From a bacterium (GTDB lineage Bacteria > SAR324 > JACQKK01), in NCBI GenBank assembly GCA_965240465.1, contig OZ251219.1:1280001-1344000 (forward strand): DNA of 64,000 nucleotides, given 5' to 3'. The notes beneath the pieces were generated by a model that had not been told where the DNA came from, searched no databases, and saw only the letters and a list, made by a program, of their open reading frames with translations. The translations under genes were made by a program, and so were the position numbers. Shown piece after piece: positions 20,908 to 31,880 of this stretch. How positions within the stretch are numbered: the stretch's first letter is position 1; every line of letters begins with the position of its first letter.

Positions 20908-21645
20908 TTAATTCACCACCGCATTTTCATCTGATTGTTGTTTGGATAGATAGCGATTTATAATTTCTAGTACAATGGAGGCTTTTTCTTTTACCAAGTG
21001 GCTTTCGTCATTTTTTTCCATGTCTTTGATTTTTTCCAAGTGAGAGAAATCGGAAGCTAGGGAAATCACTTCCAAGGTGTGCCATCGTACTAGTACATCT
21101 TTGTCTTCAAGCAGGTATCCTACTAAGGGAGCTACTCGGTCGTCACCGATATTTTTCAAAGCACGTATCACTGGGAGCTTGACGAAATTCCTAATTGTCT
21201 CCTGATTACTATCCTCCTTGGAAGATTTTGTTTTAGCAGAGGTTTTTTTCATTTTACTGAGGAGTTTTCCAGTTGCTCCCAGTCTTAAACCCAGTAATTT
21301 TAGTAAGGGTTCGGTAGCCTGTTTATTTTTGGCCTTACCGAGGGCATCCACAATGGTTTCTAACAACAAAGGATGCTCGCGTTTGTTTTTTTCTAGCATT
21401 TCCATCAGCCTATTCACTGCCGCGGGCTGACTATTGCGTCCCAGAGCGGATATGGCATACATCACCTGAGCGGGAGTGCCTTCCTTAGAAATCTGTAGCA
21501 GTGATTCCAAGGGCACCCGACCAGATCGCTCAAAATCAATGAGACGCTTTATGGCAATACTACGCTCTTCTGGTTCTTTGGATTTAAGATTATGGACCAG
21601 TTTATCCAGTTCTTCGGCAGCTTTTTTTGTTAATTTGTTCGCCAT
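20908..21645 (-). CDS. HEAT-repeat (PBS lyase-like) protein
   Basis: AISALG, VDALG...ATEPLL.LL, ALKNIGDDR...LLEDKDVLVR repeats. Confidence 0.75.
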   Translation of the reverse strand: MANKLTKKAAEELDKLVHNLKSKEPEERSIAIKRLIDFERSGRVPLESLLQISKEGTPAQVMYAISALGRNSQPAAVNRLMEMLEKNKREHPLLLETIVDALGKAKNKQATEPLLKLLGLRLGATGKLLSKMKKTSAKTKSSKEDSNQETIRNFVKLPVIRALKNIGDDRVAPLVGYLLEDKDVLVRWHTLEVISLASDFSHLEKIKDMEKNDESHLVKEKASIVLEIINRYLSKQQSDENAVVN

Positions 21646-21760
21646 AGTACCTCCAGCTACTTACTAACACTTTCCATTATGGGATTATGATAGCATGATT
21701 AAACATTGCGTGCAGTTATGAGAGAGTAATTTATAATAATCATTCCAGAAACGATGCTTT

Positions 21761-22261
21761 GTGAATGCAGTTGTTAAAAATACCATCAGAATTGGTTGCG
21801 GTTTTGATGTCCATGCCCTGCGATCAGGAATCCCTTTGTTGTTAGGAGGAGTTCTGATTCCGCATCATAGTGGTTTAGCTGGTCATTCCGATGGAGATGT
21901 ACTTTTGCATGCGGTATCGGATGCTTTACTGGGTGCGGCTGCCTTAGGTGATATAGGTCTGTTTTTCCCTGCCACAGATGAACGCTGGCGTGGTGCAGAC
22001 AGCGGAATGTTGTTGAAAGAAGTGGTAAAAAAGATACACGAAAAAGGTTGGCAGGTAGGCAATGTAGACACTATCATAATCGCCCAATCTCCGCGATTGC
22101 AGTCGTTTATTCAGGCAATCAGTGCTAGGCTGGCGGGGTTGTTGCGGGTGGAACAATCAGCTGTGTCGGTGAAGGCTACCACTACCGATGAGCTTGGTTT
22201 CATAGGACGACAAGAGGGAATCGCTGCTAAAGCGGTGGCATTGTTACAGGCAACAGGTTAA
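21761..22261 (+). CDS. ispF: 2-C-methyl-D-erythritol 2,4-cyclodiphosphate synthase
   Basis: RIGCGFDVH, GHSDGDVLLHA, LGDIG, VKATT, GFIGRQEGIAA. Confidence 0.96.
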   Translation: MNAVVKNTIRIGCGFDVHALRSGIPLLLGGVLIPHHSGLAGHSDGDVLLHAVSDALLGAAALGDIGLFFPATDERWRGADSGMLLKEVVKKIHEKGWQVGNVDTIIIAQSPRLQSFIQAISARLAGLLRVEQSAVSVKATTTDELGFIGRQEGIAAKAVALLQATG

Positions 22262-22683
22262 GTTTTCTGGCTGGAAGGACTGCTTCCCTTGGCATCGGAT
22301 TTGGTGGAGGCAATGGCACTTTTTGGAGTGTTTTTAGTGCTACTACCATTGCTGGTGCCATCGGAGGCGTTGCTGGAGGCAGAAGGGGTGCTGGTATCGG
22401 AGGCGTTGCTGGAGGCGTTAGAAGGGGTGCTGGTATCAGAGCTTGTTTTTGATGCATCAACTCCCCCCCCTCCCTTTGATTCTTGGCTGGCTGGGGCGGG
22501 AGTAGCACTATATCCATCACGATACCAGTTGGACCCCTTTAGTTGAAAAGCACTCAGGGAGAGCTTTTTGACGACTTTATTTTCACCACAAAATTGACAA
22601 GTGGTAGGTGAGGTATCGGAGAATTTTCTTAGGACTTCAAATTCCTTCCCGCAAGAGTGGCAAATGTATTCATAAATGGGCAT
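22258..22683 (-). CDS. FmdB-family zinc-ribbon protein with Ser-rich repeat tail
   Basis: MPIYEY.C..CG..FE...C..CG....K.LS...F.LKGS.WY.DGY. Confidence 0.9.
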   Translation of the reverse strand: MPIYEYICHSCGKEFEVLRKFSDTSPTTCQFCGENKVVKKLSLSAFQLKGSNWYRDGYSATPAPASQESKGGGGVDASKTSSDTSTPSNASSNASDTSTPSASSNASDGTSNGSSTKNTPKSAIASTKSDAKGSSPSSQKT

Positions 22684-22769
22684 TTGGTCCTTTGTTATTT
22701 GATGGTCATTATTGTGGGTATAAGAATCGTGAGCGTAGAAATATCAGCTATCGGAGGGGGGGGGGGGGG

Positions 22770-24161
22770 TTACATTTTATTCATGCGGTCAAGAAATTCA
22801 GAATTGGTTCTGAATGCTCTCAGTTTCTCCGATAGGAACTCCATGCTTTCTACTACGCTCAAAGGATGGAGAACCCGCCTTAACACCCAGATCCTATCTA
22901 AATCCGTTTTGGGGATTAACAATTCTTCCTTACGGGTAGCAGATTTAGAAATATCAATAGCGGGAAAGATTCGCTTTTCTATCAGGCGGCGGTCTAGGGC
23001 AAGTTCCATGTTGCCAGTTCCCTTAAATTCTTCAAAAATAACCTCATCCATGCGACTACCAGTATCCACCAGAGCGGTAGCAATTATGGTGAGAGAACCT
23101 CCCTCTTCCAGATTGCGAGCAGCCCCAAAAAAACGCTTGGGCTTATGCAAAGCATTTGAATCTACACCTCCAGAAAGGATCTTTCCGCTGGGAGGAACCA
23201 CAGAATTATACGCCCGAGCTAAACGAGTAATGGAATCCAATAAAATAATGACATCATGCTTGTGCTCTACTAAACGCTTAGCCTTTTCTATCACCATTTC
23301 GGCAACTTGTACGTGACGAGCAGCTGGCTCATCAAAAGTGGAACTGACTACTTCACCGCACACGGAGCGTTCCATATCGGTAACTTCCTCCGGGCGTTCA
23401 TCTATCAGTAGTACTATGAGATCGGCCTTGGGATGATTCTTGGATATGCTGTTGGAGATGGTTTGCAAGATCATGGTCTTGCCAGTACGGGGCGGAGCTA
23501 CAATCAAGCCGCGTTGTCCCATTCCTACGGGAGAAACCAAATCCATAATGCGAGTGGTGAGGTCTTCCTTGTCGCGCTCCAGTACTATGCGAAACTCAGG
23601 GTACAATGGAGTAAGATTATCAAAAAGAATCTTTTCTTTATTTTGTAGGGGAGGTTCATGATTGAGAGACTCCACCTTGATAAGAGCAAAATAACGCTCC
23701 CCATCTTTTGGTGAACGCACCTGCCCTGAAATACTATCTCCTGTACGCATGTTAAATCTCTTCACTTGCGATTGCGAAACGTAAATATCATCCGGACCAG
23801 CCAAATAATTTGAATCCGGAGAACGCAGAAAACCATAGCCATCAGGCAACTTTTCCAGAACGCCAGAGCCATATACAATCCCACTCTGTGAGGTCTGAGC
23901 TTTCAATAAGGCAAAAATCATTTCCTGACGACGCATGCTAGAGGCATTGTCTATGTTGAATCTCTTCACCAGCTGACTAAGCTCATTGATACTCATCCGC
24001 TTTAATTCAGCTAGATCCATCGGAGGCAAGTCTTTGTTGCTGCCATTTTGTGGAGCTCGGTTATTATTTCTTGACCCATTCGGATTGTTAAATCTACCCT
24101 GCTCACGAGAGGGAGATTCGGGATGCTTATCGGTAGTAGGTTCTGGATTAGCTCGGTTCAT
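22770..24161 (-). CDS. rho: Transcription termination factor Rho (start taken at ATG 24161)
   Basis: [44 protein letters not shown]. Confidence 0.97.
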   Translation of the reverse strand: MNRANPEPTTDKHPESPSREQGRFNNPNGSRNNNRAPQNGSNKDLPPMDLAELKRMSINELSQLVKRFNIDNASSMRRQEMIFALLKAQTSQSGIVYGSGVLEKLPDGYGFLRSPDSNYLAGPDDIYVSQSQVKRFNMRTGDSISGQVRSPKDGERYFALIKVESLNHEPPLQNKEKILFDNLTPLYPEFRIVLERDKEDLTTRIMDLVSPVGMGQRGLIVAPPRTGKTMILQTISNSISKNHPKADLIVLLIDERPEEVTDMERSVCGEVVSSTFDEPAARHVQVAEMVIEKAKRLVEHKHDVIILLDSITRLARAYNSVVPPSGKILSGGVDSNALHKPKRFFGAARNLEEGGSLTIIATALVDTGSRMDEVIFEEFKGTGNMELALDRRLIEKRIFPAIDISKSATRKEELLIPKTDLDRIWVLRRVLHPLSVVESMEFLSEKLRAFRTNSEFLDRMNKM

Positions 24162-24697
24162 AGTTATAGCAGAATTGAGAGTGAAAATATAATGACATGC
24201 AAACGAGTGTAAAATCACTCTACAGACCTGCTAAGGTCCTTGGGCAAACATTCTTATCAGGAGGGAAAACTTTAACCTTGAATGATAAGCGATCATAATG
24301 GTCGCAGTGAGGTTACTATTTGAGAAAGATTTGTCATTGTGCCGTACATGGCAGGAGAATATACGCCATCCTTGGCGAGAAAAACACAATATTTAGCTAG
24401 GTTTCCAGATAAACAGGAGCATCCTATCAGAATAAAACAGAGGGGGGAGGATTTTTTTCAAGAATTAGCAGAGACAAATCACGGTCTTCATTTTGTCAGT
24501 CTAGTAGTGATTCAAATTACCAATGAGAGGGGAATTAAAACAGAACATTTGGCACTGACGCCAATAAGAACAGATATTTCCAATGGAAGCAAGAGACAAC
24601 CTGATAACAGGATAATCACAAGGTCTTGTCTTATGCAAGCCCTTTTTTATGATAATTCACGATAATCTCATTTAATCAAATGATAAAGCATGCCCTT

Positions 24698-25627
24698 TTA
24701 ATCAGACTTGGAATGATCGGATGACCTTATCCAATCTAGTTCTAGATTATCCTGCCATACTTTGCAGCGTTGTTCCCAGTCTTTTTTGAAGGGGCTGGGG
24801 GGGCTACTGGGGGGGCTTGGGGGGCTGGATGATGGTTCGTCAGGAGCAGGAGTTATTGCCTGAGGAGCAGTTTGTGGCTCAGTTGATAGGGGGTGGGGTA
24901 GGGGGCGAGATGGGATGGCAGAGTTTGATGGTGGTATTTCAGGGCGAGCGGATTGGCGATATCGCAAGGGAGGACAAGGATGCTTCTGAAAGGGATTAAA
25001 TCTTTTAGGCACGATTAAGAACGATGAAAAGGATGTTACTGCTTCAAGCACGATATTCATGGTATGCAGTAGCTTCTTAGGGACAAATGCTAGCCCGCGG
25101 GGTTTTAGTTGGAGAATAAGCCAGCTGAAGGATATGATGGCAAAGATTAAGCCAAGTTTGCTCCCTAGTGTTTGTTGGGTCCAGTTTAGGGAGCTCCAGC
25201 CTACCCATCCAGAGCCTTTCAAGCTGGAGTTAGGGGGAACATCAAGCATTCCTAGTAGGAAAGCGAAGGAGAAAAGTGTGAGTAGGGCTGTCATCCAGTA
25301 GCGTAAGGCGGAGATTTGTCGGTTGGGGAGGCAAATACGGCTAAAGATTAGGAAAGGTAGCAACAAGGAAGCTCCCCCGAATGCTTCTACTAAGGCACCT
25401 GCCAGCAGTGCTCCTAAGATTCCAAACCTGTTTTGGATGCCACCCAGGGAGGTGTATAGGTTAAACGGAGATGAATCAAGCGGATGAAACGATAGTAGGC
25501 AAGCCATCAGCAAGGAGGAGACGGTAATGGCTACAACTGGACGAAGAACAGGGCGTACTGCCAGTCTATTGAGGAGGGTAAGAGACCTATTGAATAAATT
25601 CATAGCTGTACCCATGCATCCTTTCAT
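24698..25627 (-). CDS. FtsK 4TM-like membrane protein without motor domain
   Basis: LLSFHPLDSS...NRFGILGALLAGALVEAFG resembles FtsK_4TM; Pro-rich tail; no P-loop. Confidence 0.6.
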   Translation of the reverse strand: MKGCMGTAMNLFNRSLTLLNRLAVRPVLRPVVAITVSSLLMACLLSFHPLDSSPFNLYTSLGGIQNRFGILGALLAGALVEAFGGASLLLPFLIFSRICLPNRQISALRYWMTALLTLFSFAFLLGMLDVPPNSSLKGSGWVGWSSLNWTQQTLGSKLGLIFAIISFSWLILQLKPRGLAFVPKKLLHTMNIVLEAVTSFSSFLIVPKRFNPFQKHPCPPLRYRQSARPEIPPSNSAIPSRPLPHPLSTEPQTAPQAITPAPDEPSSSPPSPPSSPPSPFKKDWEQRCKVWQDNLELDWIRSSDHSKSD

Positions 25628-25684
25628 GCGAGGCAGCGAACCTGCGAGGCAGCGAACCTGCGGGGCAGCGAACCTGCGAGGCAG
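25627..25684. repeat. 16-bp intergenic tandem repeat
   Basis: tgcgaggcagcgaacc x~3.6. Confidence 0.9.
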
Positions 25685-25855
25685 TGACTAGCATCTGGTT
25701 ATCATTGTGGCAAGTTTAGAATGTGAAATGCAATAGGCTTTATCATAGTACACGGTCTGCAGAAAAGAGATACAAGGGAGATATTTTGTAGGTCTGCTTG
25801 ACAGCATCATAGGCAAGAGTCTACCGTCACTAGTAATTGACAAATTAGCACAAGG

Positions 25856-26668
25856 TTGACGATGCTCAAAAGAAACCAGATACATTGCGGGGATGCTTTT
25901 GATCTACTGAAAAAAGTTGATGATGAGTCAATTGATCTGGTGATTTGTGATGGACCTTATGGTGTCACTCAAAAGGAGTGGGATAAAGTACCTTCCATCC
26001 AAGAATTCAATTTGGAACTTATCAAGCGGTTTTGTTTGAAGTTGAAGAATGGAGGGGTACTCTATCTTTTCGGGAAACCAAATTGTCTTGATTTTATTGA
26101 TTACCGACCCTACTTGAATTTAATATCAAAAATAGTTTGGTATCAGCCGAGTAGGCTAGCACAGGGCAAGCTTAGGTACACAAACAACTATGATATTATT
26201 GGATATTTTATAAAAGGCAAATCTCCTCGCTGTTATAACTTGGATTGTATAAGAGTGCCGCAGTTAGTTGAGTTAGAACATAGATTGAGATGTGAAAAGG
26301 TTCCTTCTGTAAGGAATGGTGAGTATGGGAGAACAAAGTTTAATGACAAGGGAAAGAATCCAGGTGATGTCTGGGGAGACATAAAACAACTAACTTATAA
26401 ATCTAAAGAGTTGGTTTCAAGAGAGGCTCTAAACACAATTCAAAAACCAAAGAGATTGATTGAAAGGCTTGTACTTGCAAGTTCTAATGAAGGTGATGTT
26501 GTGTTGGACCCATTTTCTGGTGTGGGGACTTGTCCTGTTGTCTGCAAGGAACTTAAGAGGGATTTTATAGCATTTGAAATACAGCCAGACTACGTGGAAA
26601 TAGCTAAAAGAAGATTTTTTGAAAGTGTAGTACAGGAAAAATTATTTTATGGCGTCGGACGTCTATAA
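25856..26668 (+). CDS. N4/N6 DNA methyltransferase, beta class
   Basis: IDLVICDGPY (DPPY variant), QKP.RLIERLV, VLDPFSGVGT. Confidence 0.9.
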   Translation: MTMLKRNQIHCGDAFDLLKKVDDESIDLVICDGPYGVTQKEWDKVPSIQEFNLELIKRFCLKLKNGGVLYLFGKPNCLDFIDYRPYLNLISKIVWYQPSRLAQGKLRYTNNYDIIGYFIKGKSPRCYNLDCIRVPQLVELEHRLRCEKVPSVRNGEYGRTKFNDKGKNPGDVWGDIKQLTYKSKELVSREALNTIQKPKRLIERLVLASSNEGDVVLDPFSGVGTCPVVCKELKRDFIAFEIQPDYVEIAKRRFFESVVQEKLFYGVGRL

Positions 26669-27155
26669 AAAAATTATATTACTGATTGAAAAGGCAGCAG
26701 AACTTGCACGCTCAATAGGGATTAACAATCTATTGCAACCGGGCCTTGTGAAAGAGATGATAATCAGTGAAATTCTTGGGCATGTACTTATAACAACCAA
26801 GAGAGATGCTGACGCAAGGGATGCAAATGATCCGTCTATTTTGTATGAATATCTATCTTGCAAAGAGGGAGGTTCTGGACAACTTGATAGAATGTTCAAA
26901 AAGCCAGCAGAGAAACTTCAAAATTCTCTAAAAAGGATCACAAGAAATCACAAATTTTATTATGCCGTTTTCTATGCTCACAACCAGACAAAAGCTAAGA
27001 TTATCTATGAACTGGAAACGAAAGTGGTTTTGCAGGAAGCAAAACAGCAACTTGATAGAAGTAAAAACACCATATCACACGTGGGATTCTCTGAAAAATG
27101 GGTAAAAGAAAACAGCAAAATTGTTTATGTTGATGCCAAGAACAGTTTCCAATGA
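26649..27155 (+). CDS. Putative type II restriction endonuclease, PvuII-like
   Basis: Overlaps the MTase stop; A...GI.N.LQ...K......LG......DA.D...YEY.S pattern and C-terminal W/YV.E..KI.Y resemble R.PvuII. Confidence 0.65.
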   Translation: MASDVYKKIILLIEKAAELARSIGINNLLQPGLVKEMIISEILGHVLITTKRDADARDANDPSILYEYLSCKEGGSGQLDRMFKKPAEKLQNSLKRITRNHKFYYAVFYAHNQTKAKIIYELETKVVLQEAKQQLDRSKNTISHVGFSEKWVKENSKIVYVDAKNSFQ

Positions 27156-27236
27156 AAATCAAACATGCAAATTACCTTGTGTACTCAGTGATATAAATCC
27201 CTTATTCCGCCAATGAATGGCTCATTAGCTAGGGGG

Positions 27237-27743
27237 TTATTGCAAACGCTTTTGGTTGAGGTAGTCCCGCATACGTTCAGCGGCTTTTTTGGGTATTAGA
27301 TCATCAAGAGGAGCTTGGAGCAAAGCGAGTTCACGCGTCAAGTTGGAAGAGACATGAGAGTATTCAGGGCGAGAAAACAGCAGTACGGTTTCTAGATTTG
27401 GAGAAAGCAACCGATTTCCATAGGCGAGTTGCATTTCATTTTCTAGATCGGCGTGATTGCGTAATCCTCTGATCAGGACGGTGGCACCTATTTTGCGAGC
27501 AAAATGAGAGGTAGGCCCCCGATAATGGACAATTTCTACTCCTGAAATATTTAGCTCTTTCAGGCAGTCTTCCATCATTGATAGGCGGAGCTCGCTAGGT
27601 AAGAACGAGGTTTTTAAGAGGTTAATCCCTAGCCCCCAAGTAAGCTTGGAGTATAGCCTACTGGCACGTTGAAGAATATCCATGTGTGCCCGAGTAGGAG
27701 GGTCTCCACTGATAGGATAAAGTGCATGCACAGAAATAGACAT
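27237..27743 (-). CDS. coaD: Pantetheine-phosphate adenylyltransferase
   Basis: YP.S.DPPT.AH.DI, IRGLR..D.ENE..A..NR.L...ET, VSS. Confidence 0.9.
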   Translation of the reverse strand: MSISVHALYPISGDPPTRAHMDILQRASRLYSKLTWGLGINLLKTSFLPSELRLSMMEDCLKELNISGVEIVHYRGPTSHFARKIGATVLIRGLRNHADLENEMQLAYGNRLLSPNLETVLLFSRPEYSHVSSNLTRELALLQAPLDDLIPKKAAERMRDYLNQKRLQ

Positions 27744-27805
27744 ATCAAACCAATGAAATTATAATGAATAAAAAGCATCAAAAACGATTGCCGCACCGCT
27801 CATAA

Positions 27806-29596
27806 TTAACGCATCAAATCCAAAGCCATTTGCTTGCCCGCCTCGCAAAGTGCCGCGGTAGCTGCTTCACTAAGTAGACTTTCCGCGTACACACGCATTT
27901 TAGGTTCAGTTCCAGAAGGACGGAGCATCAGCCACGAGTCATCATTAAGGTAAAACTTGTATCCGTCCCTACGGGAAATCTGCTTCACTTGGTATTCGCC
28001 TCTAGAAGTTTTCCAGACATATCCTGGGTGAATTTTATCAAGTGCTTGGAATTTCTCTTGGACTTGGACTACTGATAACTGTATAGCAAATGCTTCTTGC
28101 TGCCAATAATGCTTGCCTACTTCTTTCTCCAGTGAGGTAACCAAGGCACTAAGCGGCTTTTGATAATGCAAAGCAATTCGCATAGCCAGCAAACCAGATA
28201 GAATACCATCTTTATCAAGAGTGTGATTGGCTATGGTAATGCCATTGCTTTCTTCATAAGCTACCATGGCTCCATTCTTTAGCCAAGGACGAAAGTTCTT
28301 GAATCCCGTAGGAGTAAGGTGTACTTGACAGCCTCGGGTTTGGGTGTATTGCTGAGCAAAATGGCTACTCGCATAAGAAGTCACCAACGCACCACGATAA
28401 CCAATATCCAACAAATACTTAGACACCAAAGCCGAAAATTGATTCATACTGATAGCACCATAGGCATCTCCTACCAAACCGCGATCTCCATCGGGGTCAT
28501 TGCGAACTGCTATCTGTAAAGCTCCCTGCTTGTTTAACTCAGACAGAGCATCCTGTAGTGTATCTGGACTGGGTTCGGTGTTTTGACCGTCAAAAAATGG
28601 ATTTTCCTCTGTGTGTAGCAACCGTAAAACATCAGTCCCCAGTCTTTTCTGTAGCTGGTGATACACAGGCACCGCAGCCCCCCAAACAGGATCAGCTACC
28701 ATCAGCACGGAGTGATTATCTTTCTCTCGATGTAGCTCAGCGGCTAGCTCCTTTAATCTGATAGCAGGGTGCGTGTCCATGGAATCCAAATAGATGTTGT
28801 GCAGGCTATGGATGCTAAGACCATCCCTCAGCTGTGCTCGTTCCCGTCCTTGCTTGATGCACTCCCTTAGCTCTGCTTCCGTTAGCCAATCCTCTGGAGA
28901 AAGTGCTTGTAGAAACTTATTAGCTCTTTCAGTCAGCGGATCGGTCAGTTTAACATCAGCCAGTCCGCCATCGGTGGGGCTGTACTTTATTCCTCCATAG
29001 CAAAAAGGATTATGACTAGGGGTGAAATTCAGAGATCCTGCCCAGCCCAGCTTCGGTGTTAACAACGACAACTGTGGAGAAGCCATGCGTCCAACATAAT
29101 CGGCCCTGAAGCCCGACTCAGATAGCAACCAAGCGGCATAACAGGCAAAATCCTCATTGAATAAGCGATTGTCATGACCCAAAATAAAACCACGCTTTTT
29201 GACCTCTTCAACTGAGGACGACCCGCAGTACTCCAAGCGTTCCACCGAAGACATGCCCTGTACTTGCTCAATCAAGGCTTTTACAATGGCATGGACGTGT
29301 AATATGGTCAGTCCGTACCCTAACTTGCCACGATGACCACCAGTGCCAAACATCAGGGGCAAAAGCTCTTCCTCCAAATGGCTAGGGTGAGCATAAACCC
29401 TTGTTTTAAGGCAAGTACAGGCGAGAGCTAGCAGCTCCTTGGGAGGCGGACTCAATACAGAAGCCCATTCTAGCAAGGGAAACAAATCTCCTTGTTGCTG
29501 TATGCAATCGCGGACGGTAGTGGGTGCACCTAAGGAAGTGGCAAAATCTAAGACGATCCTTAACTGGGACCTTAAGAGCTGAATAGCAGAACTCAT
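27806..29596 (-). CDS. Phosphoglucomutase/phosphomannomutase family protein
   Basis: FGTGGHRG, TPSHNP, DPDGDR, EESNG, RPSGTEPKMRVYAE. Confidence 0.92.
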   Translation of the reverse strand: MSSAIQLLRSQLRIVLDFATSLGAPTTVRDCIQQQGDLFPLLEWASVLSPPPKELLALACTCLKTRVYAHPSHLEEELLPLMFGTGGHRGKLGYGLTILHVHAIVKALIEQVQGMSSVERLEYCGSSSVEEVKKRGFILGHDNRLFNEDFACYAAWLLSESGFRADYVGRMASPQLSLLTPKLGWAGSLNFTPSHNPFCYGGIKYSPTDGGLADVKLTDPLTERANKFLQALSPEDWLTEAELRECIKQGRERAQLRDGLSIHSLHNIYLDSMDTHPAIRLKELAAELHREKDNHSVLMVADPVWGAAVPVYHQLQKRLGTDVLRLLHTEENPFFDGQNTEPSPDTLQDALSELNKQGALQIAVRNDPDGDRGLVGDAYGAISMNQFSALVSKYLLDIGYRGALVTSYASSHFAQQYTQTRGCQVHLTPTGFKNFRPWLKNGAMVAYEESNGITIANHTLDKDGILSGLLAMRIALHYQKPLSALVTSLEKEVGKHYWQQEAFAIQLSVVQVQEKFQALDKIHPGYVWKTSRGEYQVKQISRRDGYKFYLNDDSWLMLRPSGTEPKMRVYAESLLSEAATAALCEAGKQMALDLMR

Positions 29597-29609
29597 AGAA
29601 ATTTGCAAA

Positions 29610-31034
29610 CTAGGAATAATGGGTGCGTAATCCTGAAAGTACGTGCTTCCATGGAGCAGACTGTAAAACCTCGCCCCAAGCGACAAATTTTTCGGCAAAG
29701 CGGAATAATTTTTTGTTGAAGGCTGATTTGTTATTGGCGTCCCAAGCGATTAAAGCCTTTTCCAAGGGCTGTGCTAGCGTTTTAGGAGCTTCTATGCTCG
29801 GATGACATGCCAAAGTACGCCAAAGTAACTGGATCTGCAAATAGGCCTCATCGTGGATGCCACTAGCTGTATGATAAGCATTGGTATAGCAAAGCATGGC
29901 TTGCTTATAAAATTCATTGGGGGATATTAAATAAGGATGCAGACTGGATACCTTACGGATCAAAGCCTGACCGTAAGATTTAGGAACACGCAGAAAAGGC
30001 TCACGAGCAATCACGAAGCGATTTTGGTACATCATATGAACGAAATGGATTGCTTCTTGGTTAACTGCTTCCAGAGTTTGTGGATCGGGCTTAAGTCTGA
30101 TGGATGATTGTAGGTTGTTCATGGCAATACGAAATCCAGAACGCATTCGGCAATTCTTGGAGTAGCGAATAAATTCTTCTTCCACCAGAAAACGAGATTG
30201 CTTCTGACGACGAAAAGGCCATCCAAATGGAGGTAGATGCTCATGCAACAAAGCTGAAGGATAACTTATCATCAGGCTTAGTTTTTGAGCACTATCTAAA
30301 AAATGTTTCAGAGTATTTTGTCGCCATGCCACTATCCCCTGATTTAACCATGGCTCCCACAACACATATTGCTCCCAAATTAACTGGCAAAAATTGAAAC
30401 CATTCCGCAATTGCTTAAAATCACTGGAAACGCTCAAAAGAACTCCCGAGGCACTCACGGCTGCTTTATGTCTGAATGTCATCGGGGAGGTCGGCTTAGA
30501 TCGCCATGGCAAAGGAGGTGGCTCATCTATCGCGGTGTGAATGTGCTTCATCTCTTGGGGAAAAAGTGCTGCCGCAGCACTCAGCCAACTAGATAAAAAT
30601 CTAGAAAAATATGCCATATTCATCATCAGCGAATCGCAGGCATGACTATCGGGCAACGCCTTCTTTGCGTGAAACTCAGCCAAACTTAGACCGAGTAAGG
30701 AAATCCTCTCCTTCAGGCAACTTGGAAATGATGACAAACCTTCCTCAGATTGGTTATATTCCAAACAGTCTGCTCTCTGCCAACTGGTATAAAAGCAAGA
30801 AGCCTCAGCTGGAAATCCCCCTGCTCCTAAGCGAATAGGTAGTATCTGCTTGCTCTTCAAAACCTGAACCCAACTACGTAAATTATCCTCGGCTACATGA
30901 AGCAAATTATGGCAATCACGCTTTTCTATCTCACAGGCTATGCTCGCTAAATTCGCTTCAATGCTCTCAACGGCAGATATATCACGCTCGTGAAGAACGG
31001 TGGTTCGCATCAACATAGAAAACATCCAATCCAA
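29610..31034 (-). CDS. Hypothetical protein
   Basis: 474-aa ORF co-oriented with the phosphomutase; no motif recognised. Confidence 0.6.
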   Translation of the reverse strand: MDWMFSMLMRTTVLHERDISAVESIEANLASIACEIEKRDCHNLLHVAEDNLRSWVQVLKSKQILPIRLGAGGFPAEASCFYTSWQRADCLEYNQSEEGLSSFPSCLKERISLLGLSLAEFHAKKALPDSHACDSLMMNMAYFSRFLSSWLSAAAALFPQEMKHIHTAIDEPPPLPWRSKPTSPMTFRHKAAVSASGVLLSVSSDFKQLRNGFNFCQLIWEQYVLWEPWLNQGIVAWRQNTLKHFLDSAQKLSLMISYPSALLHEHLPPFGWPFRRQKQSRFLVEEEFIRYSKNCRMRSGFRIAMNNLQSSIRLKPDPQTLEAVNQEAIHFVHMMYQNRFVIAREPFLRVPKSYGQALIRKVSSLHPYLISPNEFYKQAMLCYTNAYHTASGIHDEAYLQIQLLWRTLACHPSIEAPKTLAQPLEKALIAWDANNKSAFNKKLFRFAEKFVAWGEVLQSAPWKHVLSGLRTHYS

Positions 31035-31129
31035 GGGGGCTATTGGTAACCTTACACGATAACATACAATGATACTTAATTTCAGACATCAGGCAACGAC
31101 AATAACCCAAAAATGATCTCCTTGCAGAC

Positions 31130-31777
31130 ATGAAAAAAAAAATCAAAACTACCAACTGGCCCCGCTGGATGCAAAATCAGCTGCTAAATAGGGGAATTAC
31201 TCATCAGAGGGTACTTAATGCCATCGCTGAAACCCCACGAAAATTATTTGTCGCTCCTGATGACTCCGCTTTGGCTGAAGAGGATATTCCTATAAAAATA
31301 GGCGAAAATCAAACCATCTCACAGCCTTATGTGGTCGCTCTAACGCTGCAGGAAACCAACCCGCAATCTTACGAAAAAATACTGGAAATCGGCGCTGGCT
31401 CAGGATGGCAAGCTGCTTTGCTTGGCAAACTCTCTCAAAAAGTACACACCCTAGAAATACGACCTAAACTCTTCTCGCAGGCAAAAATAAATCTGCTGAA
31501 ACTCCAATGCCACAATGTCCACCTCCACCTTGCCGATGGCAAACTAGGATGGAAAAACGCTGCCAAATACGATGTCATTATCTCGGCCGCTTGCGTCCCT
31601 AAAATCCCGACCGCCTGGACCGAACAACTCTGTCCAAACGGAAGACTGCTCGCACCAGTCGGAAACACACACTCTCAACAACTTTGGCTCTTGAAAAAAA
31701 TGCCCGATGGAAGCATCAAACACAAAATACTCACCGAAGTTAAATTCGTACCGCTGGTCTCGCCCACTGAACTATAA
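31130..31777 (+). CDS. pcm: Protein-L-isoaspartate O-methyltransferase
   Basis: PR.LFV, IG.NQTISQPY, ILEIGAGSGW, YDVII.AA, QL.PNGRL.APVG, FVPL. Confidence 0.94.
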   Translation: MKKKIKTTNWPRWMQNQLLNRGITHQRVLNAIAETPRKLFVAPDDSALAEEDIPIKIGENQTISQPYVVALTLQETNPQSYEKILEIGAGSGWQAALLGKLSQKVHTLEIRPKLFSQAKINLLKLQCHNVHLHLADGKLGWKNAAKYDVIISAACVPKIPTAWTEQLCPNGRLLAPVGNTHSQQLWLLKKMPDGSIKHKILTEVKFVPLVSPTEL

Positions 31778-31815
31778 AAAAGCGGGGGCGGGGGGCTGGC
31801 GGGCTGGCGGGCATC

Positions 31816-31844
31816 TTGACAAAGGATAGGGCTAGGCATACTTT
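31816..31844 (+). promoter_or_regulatory. Sigma70-like promoter for TPR cassette copy 1
   Basis: TTGACA-N17-TACTTT; identical copy at 36164-36192. Confidence 0.55.
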
Positions 31845-31880
31845 GTTTGTTAGGTGACTGTATTACCTCAGGAGAACAGC

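Noticed and set aside
22657-23316. 219-aa plus-strand ORF
   Set aside because: Antisense shadow of rho
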